Source: Kudoa neothunni (lineage: Eukaryota > Animalia > Cnidaria). Taken from it: a stretch of DNA of 64,000 nt. The notes under the pieces are model-generated. The model made no database searches and had not been told where the DNA came from. It was given only the letters and a program-made list of their open reading frames with translations. This document shows, one piece after another, positions 53,458 through 64,000 of this stretch. Positions within the stretch are counted from its first letter, which is position 1. Each line of letters begins with the position of its first letter. The stretch spans positions 2,280,587-2,344,586 of the forward strand of contig OZ199840.1 of the NCBI GenBank assembly GCA_964304625.1, written 5' to 3'. The position numbers and the translations under genes are program-made.

Positions 53458-54241
53458 TCTATATATATAAAGTAGTAGTGTCTGTGTGTGCATTAATCTT
53501 CTCTTCATACAGAGACTTTTTAGACTATTTGAATTTCTTAGTATACTTTAAAAAAATACCAAGAGGTTGCCTGCTTTCTTATAAAGTGGTTAATTTGTAG
53601 TGTAAACTTAGTTCAAACAGATTAGCGCTGATGACAATGAGATTACCACTGCACATGATACGCTATAATGTTCAATGATATTCGTAGATAACTCTAATTT
53701 TCTGTATTTATATACAACTGAAACTTTGAAAGTTTACTCTTTTCTACTTTTGAACGTACTTAAGACTAATTACAACATTTGTTCGTGCGTGGGCGGGGTT
53801 TCTGTGCAAACAAAGATTTGTTGCTTAAACGGGAAATTAATAAATCAATACGCTTGAATATATTATTCACTTTGCACGTTTAGTTAAAGATAAAAAGTTA
53901 TATTTTTTTAAATAAACATAAAATTGTGTTAGAACGTTTTGATTAAGTAAAACATTGTTAACAAACTTTTAGATTAGTTAGTTCATCGACGGGTTGGGTA
54001 AAACGATTAATACGCCTCATGATTTGTAAGAACTTATGGTTTCTAAATGAAAATAAAGTCCGGTGACGAAGAAAGTGATGATGATCGGGTCATTGCTGTT
54101 TATTTCGATTATGGTTGTTCTAGAAAGGTCGATAAGATAATTATAATTGACTTTGAACTTAAAATAACCTTCGCCCGCTCACGGCTTTTATCAGGGTGGC
54201 CGGGCAAGGAAACCAAAGCGAAGCGGGGGTTTTTGCGCTAG
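53458..54241 (+). mobile_element. Complete non-autonomous Helitron
   Basis: A|TCTATATATATAAAG ... GCGAAGCGGGGGTTTTTGCGCTAG|T: TC/CTAG termini, AT target, no TSD; three copies in the window. Confidence 0.85.
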
Positions 54242-55340
54242 TATGTATATATATAAAGGAGGACTGTCGGTATGTTTGTGTGTGTATGCCCCTAAGTACG
54301 CAAGTGCGGATAACTTTTTCCCTAAAGAGATAGTCATATATAAAATTTTTATAAATTTGTGATATTTAAAAAATCGTTTAATTGTTTTCGGACTACTAAA
54401 GTTTCCAAATGGTATTTATGAAATAGTGATTTTGTCGATTTAAAGTTGTTTATCGGATTACATGAGTTCAATTATAGGATTATCGTTTGCTTATGTTATG
54501 GTGATGGTCGGTTGAAGTTGACTATCTCCCTTATATACTCTATCATATGTTAATTGAATGATGCCATCTGTCTTTACATATAAGATTTATGCGTTTATTT
54601 TATTGTTTGCACAAATAAATTCCTTATATCAGGAGTTTTAATGTAATTGACTTGATAACCACATTTTGAAGGCTCTATCAATGGATTTAGATATGAAAAA
54701 ATGTCAATATTTGCATTATTATTTAGTTGGTTATATGTTTTATAATCAGATAGATTGAAACACTATAACGCAAGTATTGTGTCCGTAGATTTCATTGAAA
54801 CCGTCCGTTATGTTGAACTTTCAGTGATTCAATTAAGTGCAGATGGTTATTTCATCCGATTATTTTAATTATTTGTTATAAAAAGCGCATTAGAATTTTT
54901 GCGGAACAAAGGATATTAATTTTAGCAATATTAATTAATTTTCATACGTTTTCTTCTATCTCCATTACTTTCTCCATTTTTTTATCTCTTAAAAAGTTAA
55001 TGGTACACGCAGTTATCGAACGGGCCACAATTCAACTTTTAAAAATCCTCCGGCAAAAAAATAACGTTTTAGATAACACTTAAACGGTATTTAAACAATT
55101 CAGGAATGAAAAAAATACGATGCTGACCTTAACTTATTTAGCGTTAGTGCCGAGCCACGAAATCTTAAATGAACATAATTTAAACTTCATAATCAAAATC
55201 GTTAAAGTATATTGCTTAAATTTTTTTATTTATTTTGCATCTATGGGTTAATTTTAGGTTTTAATATATTTTTCGAATATTGTTAAGAAACGCGTATCTA
55301 TGCGAAATCTTCCCCAAGCAACGCTGGGCAGTTTCGCTAG
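54242..55340 (+). mobile_element. Non-autonomous Helitron abutting the previous one
   Basis: TATATA-rich start; 3' hairpin CCCAAGCAACGCTGGG followed by CGCTAG|T; homologous to 29636-30436. Confidence 0.78.
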
Positions 55341-55703
55341 TTAATAGTTAATTTCTACATTTATTATCAAAAAAACGCTTATTATAGATATATATATATA
55401 TATATTTTATTTAATGTAATTTAATAAGTGTAAAAATACTGGAGATAATCTATTTTATTTTATAAATTTTTGTACTTGTTTTTTATTTTTTAAAAGAAAA
55501 CTTTTTGTCCACTAAAATTGTTTCAATTTATTTTTTAAAGTTAGGTTATTTTTAATTTTTAGGTTTTATATTGTTCAGTGTGTTGAACAAATTAATATTT
55601 ATTTATCTCCCATATAAGAAATTAATTTGTCCGTAATAATATCAATAATACAAAAATACACAAAATCTATATTATGAATAACATGCCTGTTAATTATTAT
55701 ATA

Positions 55704-57587
55704 GGGTTTCTCAATTGAACTCGGCGCCATTTTGGTTCCAACAATAGTTCATATTTGAACATTAATGATATTTTTAGTAAACGTTTATTAGTTATTCCCG
55801 TAAAAAAAAATAAATAAATATCAATGGAAAACACATAATATATTACATGTTAAAAACAAGTTTAATTCGATTTCCCCAATAAATTTTTGTGTAACCTTTA
55901 ATAGGTATCATATAATAATTCCTCTTTAAAATTTATTTTTAAGAAAATTATATCATAGAAAGAACCAATGTAATATCAACCTTAGACTCAGGAACAAAAG
56001 ACCTCGTATAATAAATACGATCAAAAGATCGAGGCAGCGCATTAAAAATATGGTAAACTGAATATGTTTCTTTCGTATCTCAGATAATGGTCTTATCATC
56101 AGAATTCTCTAATTCTGTCAACCACGTGTGACGTTTTCTGACCGTACTCATTGGTTACTAAAATTGCGTTGTCGCAAAGAAATTTCATAGTGCAATGAAT
56201 CCAGAAGAGAGAAATAACAATTTAATTGAATCTGATGGTTCTATTTCCGATGACAATGAATTTCTAATTATTTTGGAGCCTAAGAAACGAGTTCAACGGA
56301 AAACAATATCGTCTGAACTGAGAAAGCAAATGTTCAACTTTTTTGAAAAGGGGAGGAGTGATACCTATATTGCATCGGAGATGCGTCTGCCTCGGTCTAC
56401 TGTCTGGTCTATTTTATCCAAATTCAGGATGAGTAGAACTCTTGAACCGAAACCTAGAGGCGGAAATAGACGACCTGTTCTTTCTCCCGAACAGAAGGAA
56501 AAAATAAAGTCCATGAGGATTTTGGAATTGTTGTGTCGCTTAGTACAATCGACAGGGTGATTGGACAATTTCACTATACTCTAAAAAACTTAGTGAGAAT
56601 GCCGGAGAGAAGAAACTGCGAAACCACCATTCAAAAAAGAAAGGAATATGCAGAAATGTTCAGGGAGCTGGAAACGACGGTGACTCATGAGAGTATTGTT
56701 TTCCTCGATGAAGTAGGGTTCTCTGTTGTGACGCGACCTAAAAGAGATAGATCGTTAAAAGGAACGTCAGCCTATTGCTTTGTTTCGCTACTAGAAGTAG
56801 GAATATTTCTGTTGTCGCAGCTGTAAATAAAAATGGAATAATTTACAGCAAAATACACGACAAGGCGGTTACAGGGGAGGACTTTAAGAATTCCTGTATA
56901 ACGAAAGGTGTGCATCAATCGATTTTCGTAAAGGATAATGCCAAAATTCATCATTACACGGGATTAAAAGATTTGGTTGTTAGAGAAAATATCCCAATAA
57001 GGTATTTACCACCTTATAACCATTTTCTTAATCCCATAGAAAATGTCTTCTCTGTTTGGATAAACCTGGTCATCCGTAGGCAATCCAAAAATGAAAATGA
57101 ATTAAGAGTGGCCATTAAAGATTGCTTTAAAGAAATTACTCTACAACAATGCGATGGATTCTACCGCAAAATGTTAGGATACATTACCAGGTCATCTCAT
57201 GGAGAAATTATCTTAGAATAAAAAATATATAAATATTGGATTTAAAGTTTTGTTGTTTCTATTTATGTAAGAAATTTAGTAACACTATTTAACACCAAAC
57301 TTAATATGGATATACGCTCTAATCTTTAATAATATTTAAAAATATGTTTAAAAGAAAAATAATTATTTAAATTGCAAAACATTAACTTTACAGCACAATG
57401 ATTCGAGTATGTAGAGTAGTGTCATCATAATTGTAAGTTACGAGATATGTATATATATATTTTTTTTCTTTTAATTATTCGTTATTAAAAATTAAATTTA
57501 TAGTTACATCTAAGTGATTTAAACGTCTAAATATGAATTATTGTTGGAACCAAAATGAAAATGGTGCCGAGTTCAATTGAGAAACCC
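55704..57587 (+). mobile_element. Tc1/mariner-IS630 (DD34E) DNA transposon with TIRs and TA TSD
   Basis: TA|GGGTTTCTCAATTGAACTCGGCGCCATTTTGGTTCCAACAATA ... TATTGTTGGAACCAAAATGAAATGGTGCCGAGTTCAATTGAGAAACCC|TA. Confidence 0.92.
56195..57221 (+). pseudogene. DD34E transposase (HTH + DDE_3), frameshifted
   Basis: HTH (IASEMRLPRSTVWSIL, KPRGG), VFLDEVGF, KDNAKIHH...YLPPYNHFLNPIE with 34 residues between D and E; split over three ORFs. Confidence 0.88.
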
Positions 57588-58479
57588 TACAAGTTTATAT
57601 GTAATTATGCTAGATTTATATATTATGCAATAACAAGGATTTAATTCAATTTATAGTGATATTCGATAAACTTATTAATGTAACTAATATTAAATCGCAT
57701 GTTACATCTACTAATTATATTAAAGAGAAATATACATGTTTTGGATATTGTGAATTACACAGGCGTGAAGAAATTTTAATATTATAATACATGTATGTAA
57801 AATGTTGGCTTAAAATTATAAAAAAAATTATTAGAATAAAATTGAAAAAACATGGATTAATTATATTTTAATAATTTAATTGTAAACAAAATCATGCGAC
57901 ATTATTCAGTGGATGACACTTAATAATGTCTGCAGCTAGAATTTGGAATAATTGATTTCATAAGTTACCTTTCTTATATAATAACTTTTTCAAGCAAAAA
58001 ATTATTTTTCCAAAATATATTTTTTTATCTTATACTAGTAGGTTAGAGGTAACGTGAAATAATTAATTGATGATGAATATGCTTGCTTAAAGACGTAAAA
58101 ACCGTATATTTTCTGTCTATTCTAATTACAGACTTAGTCAAATCTAAACCTTTCTCAGTTAAATTTTTATTTGACCCAACTTAATTAAACGCTTTAAGTT
58201 TCAAACAAGCTAAAATTGAACAATTGGAATATGCTAACTTTAATATTATATTTTTTGTTAAATATTGAAATGTTTCTTTAACTTAATCTTAAAATATTTC
58301 AAAATATCAAAATTTAGTGAATATGATAATTGATACCATTAAGATCACTTAACGTTGTGTCTTTTATAGAGCTAAATATTCTCGCAACATCACGCAAATT
58401 TATGAGAAGACAATAACTATTAATTAAAATTATATATGCTTTTAATTTGTCTAATTAATTTGGTTGCGAGTTTGTCTTG

Positions 58480-59190
58480 GCCGACTCTTCGAAAGCATCA
58501 TTCAGATATATATGTAGAAATCATATTTTATTGTTGGTGATGCTTCTATACTTCCGTTTGAAGACACTCCGTGTACCTTCAATCCGGTCAGTGTGTACAA
58601 CTGTCGAGGAGACAAATTCATTGTCGTGAATAACGGTCTCATGAAGATACCCAAGTTTGTGTAATCATGCGTAACCACGCCATCCACCGGAATGACTTAT
58701 GGACCATTTTTTAACATGATTGGTGATGATATTTTCTAATGTAGCATAATCCCTTTTTTTAGTCTCTACCATAAAAACATTTTCCATTTTTATCAATGTC
58801 ATCTACAATCCAGACACTTTGGTTTTATAGAATTCTGCCAACGCCGAATTTCCTTTTACAAATGAGGCTTTCATCGATCTGAATTTTAATTCCAGGACCT
58901 CCAATTTTGATCGGGTTTTCCAAAAAATAAGAGAGGCACACGTCTCTTAGAAAATTTTTTCCAATCGACTACTGTATTGGCAGACCCAATGTCACATTGT
59001 CTCATACGTCATTCTTGGGTCGTTACACCTCTACACCTCTACTCCACAAATATATAAATTTTATGAGGGAATATAAAAAGAGGTGCGAATTCGAAAAAAT
59101 TGACTCAGCTCTTAATGGGGATTCTCGGTGGCAATTTTTCCTCTTGCAAAGGAAGCTATATCCATCCAAAGAGGATTTCCTTAGATATAA
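58480..59190 (-). mobile_element. Merlin-family transposase remnant (third lineage)
   Basis: Minus-strand frames give KFIYLWSRGV, ANTVVDWKKF, KIGGPGIKIQIDESLICKRKFGVGR, GWRGY, VHTDRIEG. It is cut at ~59198 by a Helitron-like TCTATATATA start. Confidence 0.8.
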
Positions 59191-59959
59191 TCTATCTTCT
59201 ATATATATATATATATGAAGCTCTTATGTCTGTCAGTGTGTGTGTTTGCAGCGGTTCGCATGTGCAATGGACAAACTTTCTTTAAATACAGCTTTTAGTA
59301 TACATTTGAATAGATGATACCATTAATAAAAATCTTTCATTTACTTAGAAGTATAAATATAATCAATACTGCAGTTAGATGTAAGGTATTTTCCGGTTGT
59401 CTACTCAAATAGCAGATAAAAAATACCTGTATAGTATTTAATAGTTGTTTGCTTCATAGTGATACTCGATTAGAATGAACATTTTACTCATTGTATAGAA
59501 AAAGAGTCTCTTGATTATGATGTAGGATGTTCTAAAATTTTTACATATGTCTGTTAGGAGTTACTCTAAGACAAATAAAACTATTAACGTCACATTTACA
59601 AGAGATATTGCATATCCCTTAAAATTTTAAACATAAATAAGTTATTTGGGATGTGTTTTCTCTTTTCAAACGTTATGGGTATAGTTAAGCAAAATAGATT
59701 ATGATCATTTTAAATAAAACACATAATTAGAGATTATAAGTTGTTGTCATGTTGGAATAATTTGGGTCTCTATACGAATTCTAAAAACTATGTAGGATGT
59801 GCGTAGAGTTTTCAAATAATTAAATTTTTGTGATAACATCAATGGAAATTATGCTCCATTGGAATTGCTGAGATGTAAATATTTCTTTTTACCAAATATG
59901 TCGATTGAGATTGAAACTCTATTCGTCTTTTTGATAAGTGTTTATTCATTTTTTGGGTT

Positions 59960-61580
59960 TTCCATGCGCTTAAGATAGTTTTGATCTCTCCACAACTATT
60001 TAACTATCATCATTTAATGAAACTAAATTTTTACTTCGGTGGCACAAATTCCATATCTTATAATAAGTATTTTAAGGTTTTATAGTTGTAAACTAATAAT
60101 TGATATTTACCAATTAATACAAGAAATACAAGTAAAACCTTTGGCATATTAACTTTGCTCATTATTTATGGATTAATTTTTGTTTTACTTTTTATCAAGT
60201 GTATTACCAAATATACGCCTATTATTGATTAATGTCAGTAATATAATAAAATTATAATTTTCTAAAATCACTTTAAAAAGTATGATAAATTTTTCGAATT
60301 CATGTAAAACTTAAATATTTAAAATATAAGATATAACAGAGAACGTAAAGTTTTAATCCAAAAAATCAGGGGGATGCTCGTAGAATGAAATCAGAACTCC
60401 CATTAGAACAGATTAAAATTATATTCTAAAATAAGTCAAATATTTATTATTTACTGTAATAAATTGCTAATGTTTAATTTATAAATTATTTCATTTTTAA
60501 TAAACAAAAAAATTCGTTTTAAATAAAGAGAGAAATAATAATGAACTACATTGTGGTCAGTTATAATAAATTTGTTCATGAAAAAAAATTTTATAATAAA
60601 AATTTAGCTATTGATTTTAATTAAATTTATCATATGACAGCAGTATTAATAGTAATTCTAATAAGAGTTTTTTAATGTGTAATTACTAAAAAACAATTTA
60701 AAAGATAAATTTAATCAATCGATTGAAATATTATATATCACGAAAATATTTTTCATCAAAATATATAATCCTTTGTCATTCAATTAAGGCGTGGAAGCAC
60801 GGATTGAGTCATCCCATTACAAAAGTACGTATAGTGAGTATATTGGAAATAAAATTTAAATGAGGAAATCTGTGATTATTAATCAGTATAATTACAGTGG
60901 GATACCTATTCGGAATAATCCCTTCTGAACCATTAAAAAGTGTGTAAAATTTGTTCCATTTTTTTCATACTTTTTGCGCATGCACATTATAATTATGTAT
61001 ATCATTTTTGGAATTTTTTTAAAACAAATTATTGTCCATTTTATCGAAAATTTTCTGTTAAATAAAAGTTCTATAACAGGAAGAAACCAAATGATACTGT
61101 AGTTTAAATGTTTGAACAAATCCATTATTTTGGATTGGCTAATATTTGGATTCATTATAACATGTAGATAAAAAGTCTTAAAAAAAATGGAAAACAAACT
61201 CTAAATTTTTCATCTAGTGGTGAAATTTGGATCTTTTTTTTTTTTTTGAAATTGTCATTTAGGGTAGTTATATGTTAATGCTGAAATGTTTTAACATTTA
61301 TACCTTTGCTTGTAGGCATATATATATATATATATATAATTTTTTTGAGAATAATTGTATATTAGAACTACGGAATTGGTCCCAAAAATTGTATTAAATT
61401 GGAAAATCACGTGATTTCTAGTATATATTTTACATCATATACAGTCAATTATTTTAACTAAATTACCGTTGAGTTGAATATATATATATATATGTTTGCA
61501 TAAACCTTAGAATTACTTAAAATTATAATCAAACAAATTTTATAAAAAATGTGCAATATCGGTTACCAACTGTATTTAAT
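59960..61580 (-). pseudogene. Truncated duplicate of the ADAM gene 5' region
   Basis: Colinear with 20344-21895, including the putative signal and PPNCGE exons. Homology stops at the start of the catalytic domain; small indels relative to the original. Confidence 0.75.
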
Positions 61581-62803
61581 ATTTAAATTAGGCATATGCT
61601 ATTACCACGGGAATCGATTTCTCTTCAATTAGTATCTCTATTAAATAACTAATTTCACATTACTAATATTTATATTTGTCTCTACTAAATTACAGGATTA
61701 GGTAACAATTGAAATATCTTTTTTTACATATTTATATTGTTTATTTTATTGATCGTTTTTCATAATTAAATGAAAAATTTATTAATCTTAGTTTAAAACA
61801 CGATCAAATTGTAGTATGTCATTTTCTGTCAGTAATAAGGTTAAAGTTAAAGAATTTTGTGTGATTTAGTATAAGTCTTACATTACTCTTGAAGTGCGCG
61901 CCTTTACATGATATATTCAACCTCGTGTTATTTAATTTTTTTCCAATATTTAAATTATATGATTTAGTGTATTCTATTCATAAATTATACTCATTATATT
62001 TCACAGAAAATGATGTGAATTTTCCTCTTTAGATTTCAATATTGACAAGAATTTTGAAAAAATTAATCATAATTAGGTCATTTTTCTGAAATTAGATAAA
62101 TGTAACACGATGAGCAATGGCTATCCTAGTCAAATAAATAATGAGAGGTATAAGCATATTTAGTTTTCTTTTTGTATCCAATAGTGGTTAAAGCGTATCC
62201 CTTTGGTCTCCCAACAGACTTCAATTGAGAGGGAACTTTTAAGGCTAAAATAATTTAAAAAAAGAAAGGAAATGAAAGTACCATCAAGCTCGATCATATT
62301 TAAAATAGGTGCTAGTTGATCTTTAGATAAAACAGTTTAGAGGTCGGGAGCATTTTCATTTGAAATATTATTAATAATAATATTCTCGATAATCTCCTCA
62401 CCTTGCGGAATAATATTATTACCAACACCCTCAACAATTATTTGAGAATTAAAAATATTCTCAATAACATCTATTTTTTGTAAGTTAGATACGAGTAAAA
62501 TATTCAAGTTAAGCGTCATATACCTCTTCCTTCAGAGATATCTTCATCTTCGGCTATAGCCTCAGAGTATTTAATATTCAATGGTGCGATTTCCTAAAAA
62601 TAAATCAAGAAAAATTAAGTTTTCTTAAAATACATAATTGATTTATTTTCTTTATTAATTTGATGTCGTGGTTCTTGATTATTTTTTCTATTGTGTTGAA
62701 TAGTGATAGGCAACTATCATAAAACTCCCCACAATATTCAGCGGACAAAGCTGCTAGCTTATTTGTGTAAATCGCAGAATTTTTTAAACGTTTTCCATAA
62801 GAA

Positions 62804-64000
62804 TCAAAAATTCCTTTTTGGTTTTATTGAAATACTCTCTTTTGGTGTTACATTTATAGTTTCCATTTCCAAGAATCGGCTCATGTAATCTTGTGACCAT
62901 CTAGGGTGGCATAGATTTGAATCGAACATCGGAAGCAGGTTAAACGCTCTCTTTTTAAAAATACGACTACATGGAAGGAGGTACGATCTGTAAATATAAC
63001 AATTACATCTTATGAATGTAGTTACACTATCTGTATTCGTGTTTTCGTTAAAATTTTGAATTTGTTTGTGGATTATATTGAAGGAAAATGGATTTAAATG
63101 ATTAAAATACGCGTTTAGAACTTCATTTGAGGTATCAAAATTAACTGGCTTCAGTAATATTTTGATTATATTGTATTTCATTTCTATTCTCATTGATTTG
63201 AGAGCGTCAAAGAAATAACGGAAAAAATCATTAAGATTTGAAAATTTCTTTATTGTTTGTTTTAGTTGATCATTAATGGCTTCTAATCTATTATTGGTCA
63301 AGTTTTCATAGAAAGGATGTGCTACACTTAATCCTATGACCCATTCATCAGCGATTGGTTCCCAATTGGATTTAAAATAGTTAATAAACTTATCGTTGCT
63401 TTGTTGAAAAAGATTATTGCATAGTTTATCGAATTCATGTTTATTTTTCGAATAGATAATTTTATTAAGAGTTTCAAGCAATTGGTCCCTTTTCTCTCGA
63501 GTGATACCGTATTTCGACATAGTTATTTCACGTCGGAAACTTTGAGAAACATGAAATATGCAGATCATTAGATTGGAGTTTGGAAATAATTCTTTCAAAC
63601 ATTTCCTTAGAGTGTGGTGCTTGTCAGTAATGATCATTCGGACATTTTGAGTCATGTTCGGCATCATTTTTATTAGTTTAGAAATATACCATTTAATTGA
63701 CTCCGCCGTTTCATCGTACAAGATACAGCCGCTAGTTATGTGGGTTTCACCAACCGAGTCTTCTGCAACAGACAGATACAATGGCGCACTAATAAACTAA
63801 TAAAATAACGAAATAGAGAAAACCTCAGAAGATAACCGCGAGACTAGCAGTTTATAGGTTGCATCAAACATGGGTAAGTTTTCATAGATCCATGGATCAT
63901 TTGGATGGTTATGAGTAGTGTTAGAAGATCTAATCTCCAGAAAATTTCCATCTACACTTACTCATAATGTAACTTTAAATGGGCTCCAAAGTAGCATACG
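62804..64000 (-). mobile_element. MULE (Mutator-like) transposase with SWIM zinc finger, 5' part off the window
   Basis: DATYKL upstream, ETAESIKW, IITDKHHTLRKCLKELFP, CIFHV, TNNRLEAINDQLK, SWIM-like CNC...LLPCSRI; probable short intron ~63794-63835. Confidence 0.88.

Overview
AT-rich eukaryotic genomic DNA, not prokaryotic. Host genes are split by very short GT-AG introns, mostly 38-45 bp, so the ORF track fragments them. The metazoan-type ADAM gene, tiny introns and TE set fit a reduced or parasitic animal such as a myxozoan or dicyemid; this is inference only. Hand-splicing yields only predicted cell-surface proteins. (1) Three paralogues of a Cys-bridged FN3-like family whose modules lie on symmetric phase 1-1 exons (<1-1260 minus; degenerate copy ~2270-3413; 4024-6283, a complete type I membrane protein). 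(2) An ADAM/reprolysin metalloprotease-disintegrin (15789-~20549 minus) with a 92-copy ETTHAPK mucin-like stalk and a GPI-like C-terminus; part of its 5' region is duplicated at ~60-61.6 kb. (3) A ~1300-aa coiled-coil type I membrane protein (41943-45862 minus) with Tyr motifs in its tail and a central frameshift cluster. The rest is a nested TE field: four Merlin (ISXO2/IS1595-like) copies, one with 158-bp TIRs and an 8-bp TSD; two Gypsy elements and a solo LTR; two inverted Helitron Rep/Hel copies with patchy near-identity suggesting gene conversion; stacks of non-autonomous Helitrons; two Tigger/pogo remnants; a hAT fragment; a DD34E Tc1/IS630-like element; and a MULE-SWIM transposase. No rRNA, tRNA or CRISPR was seen.
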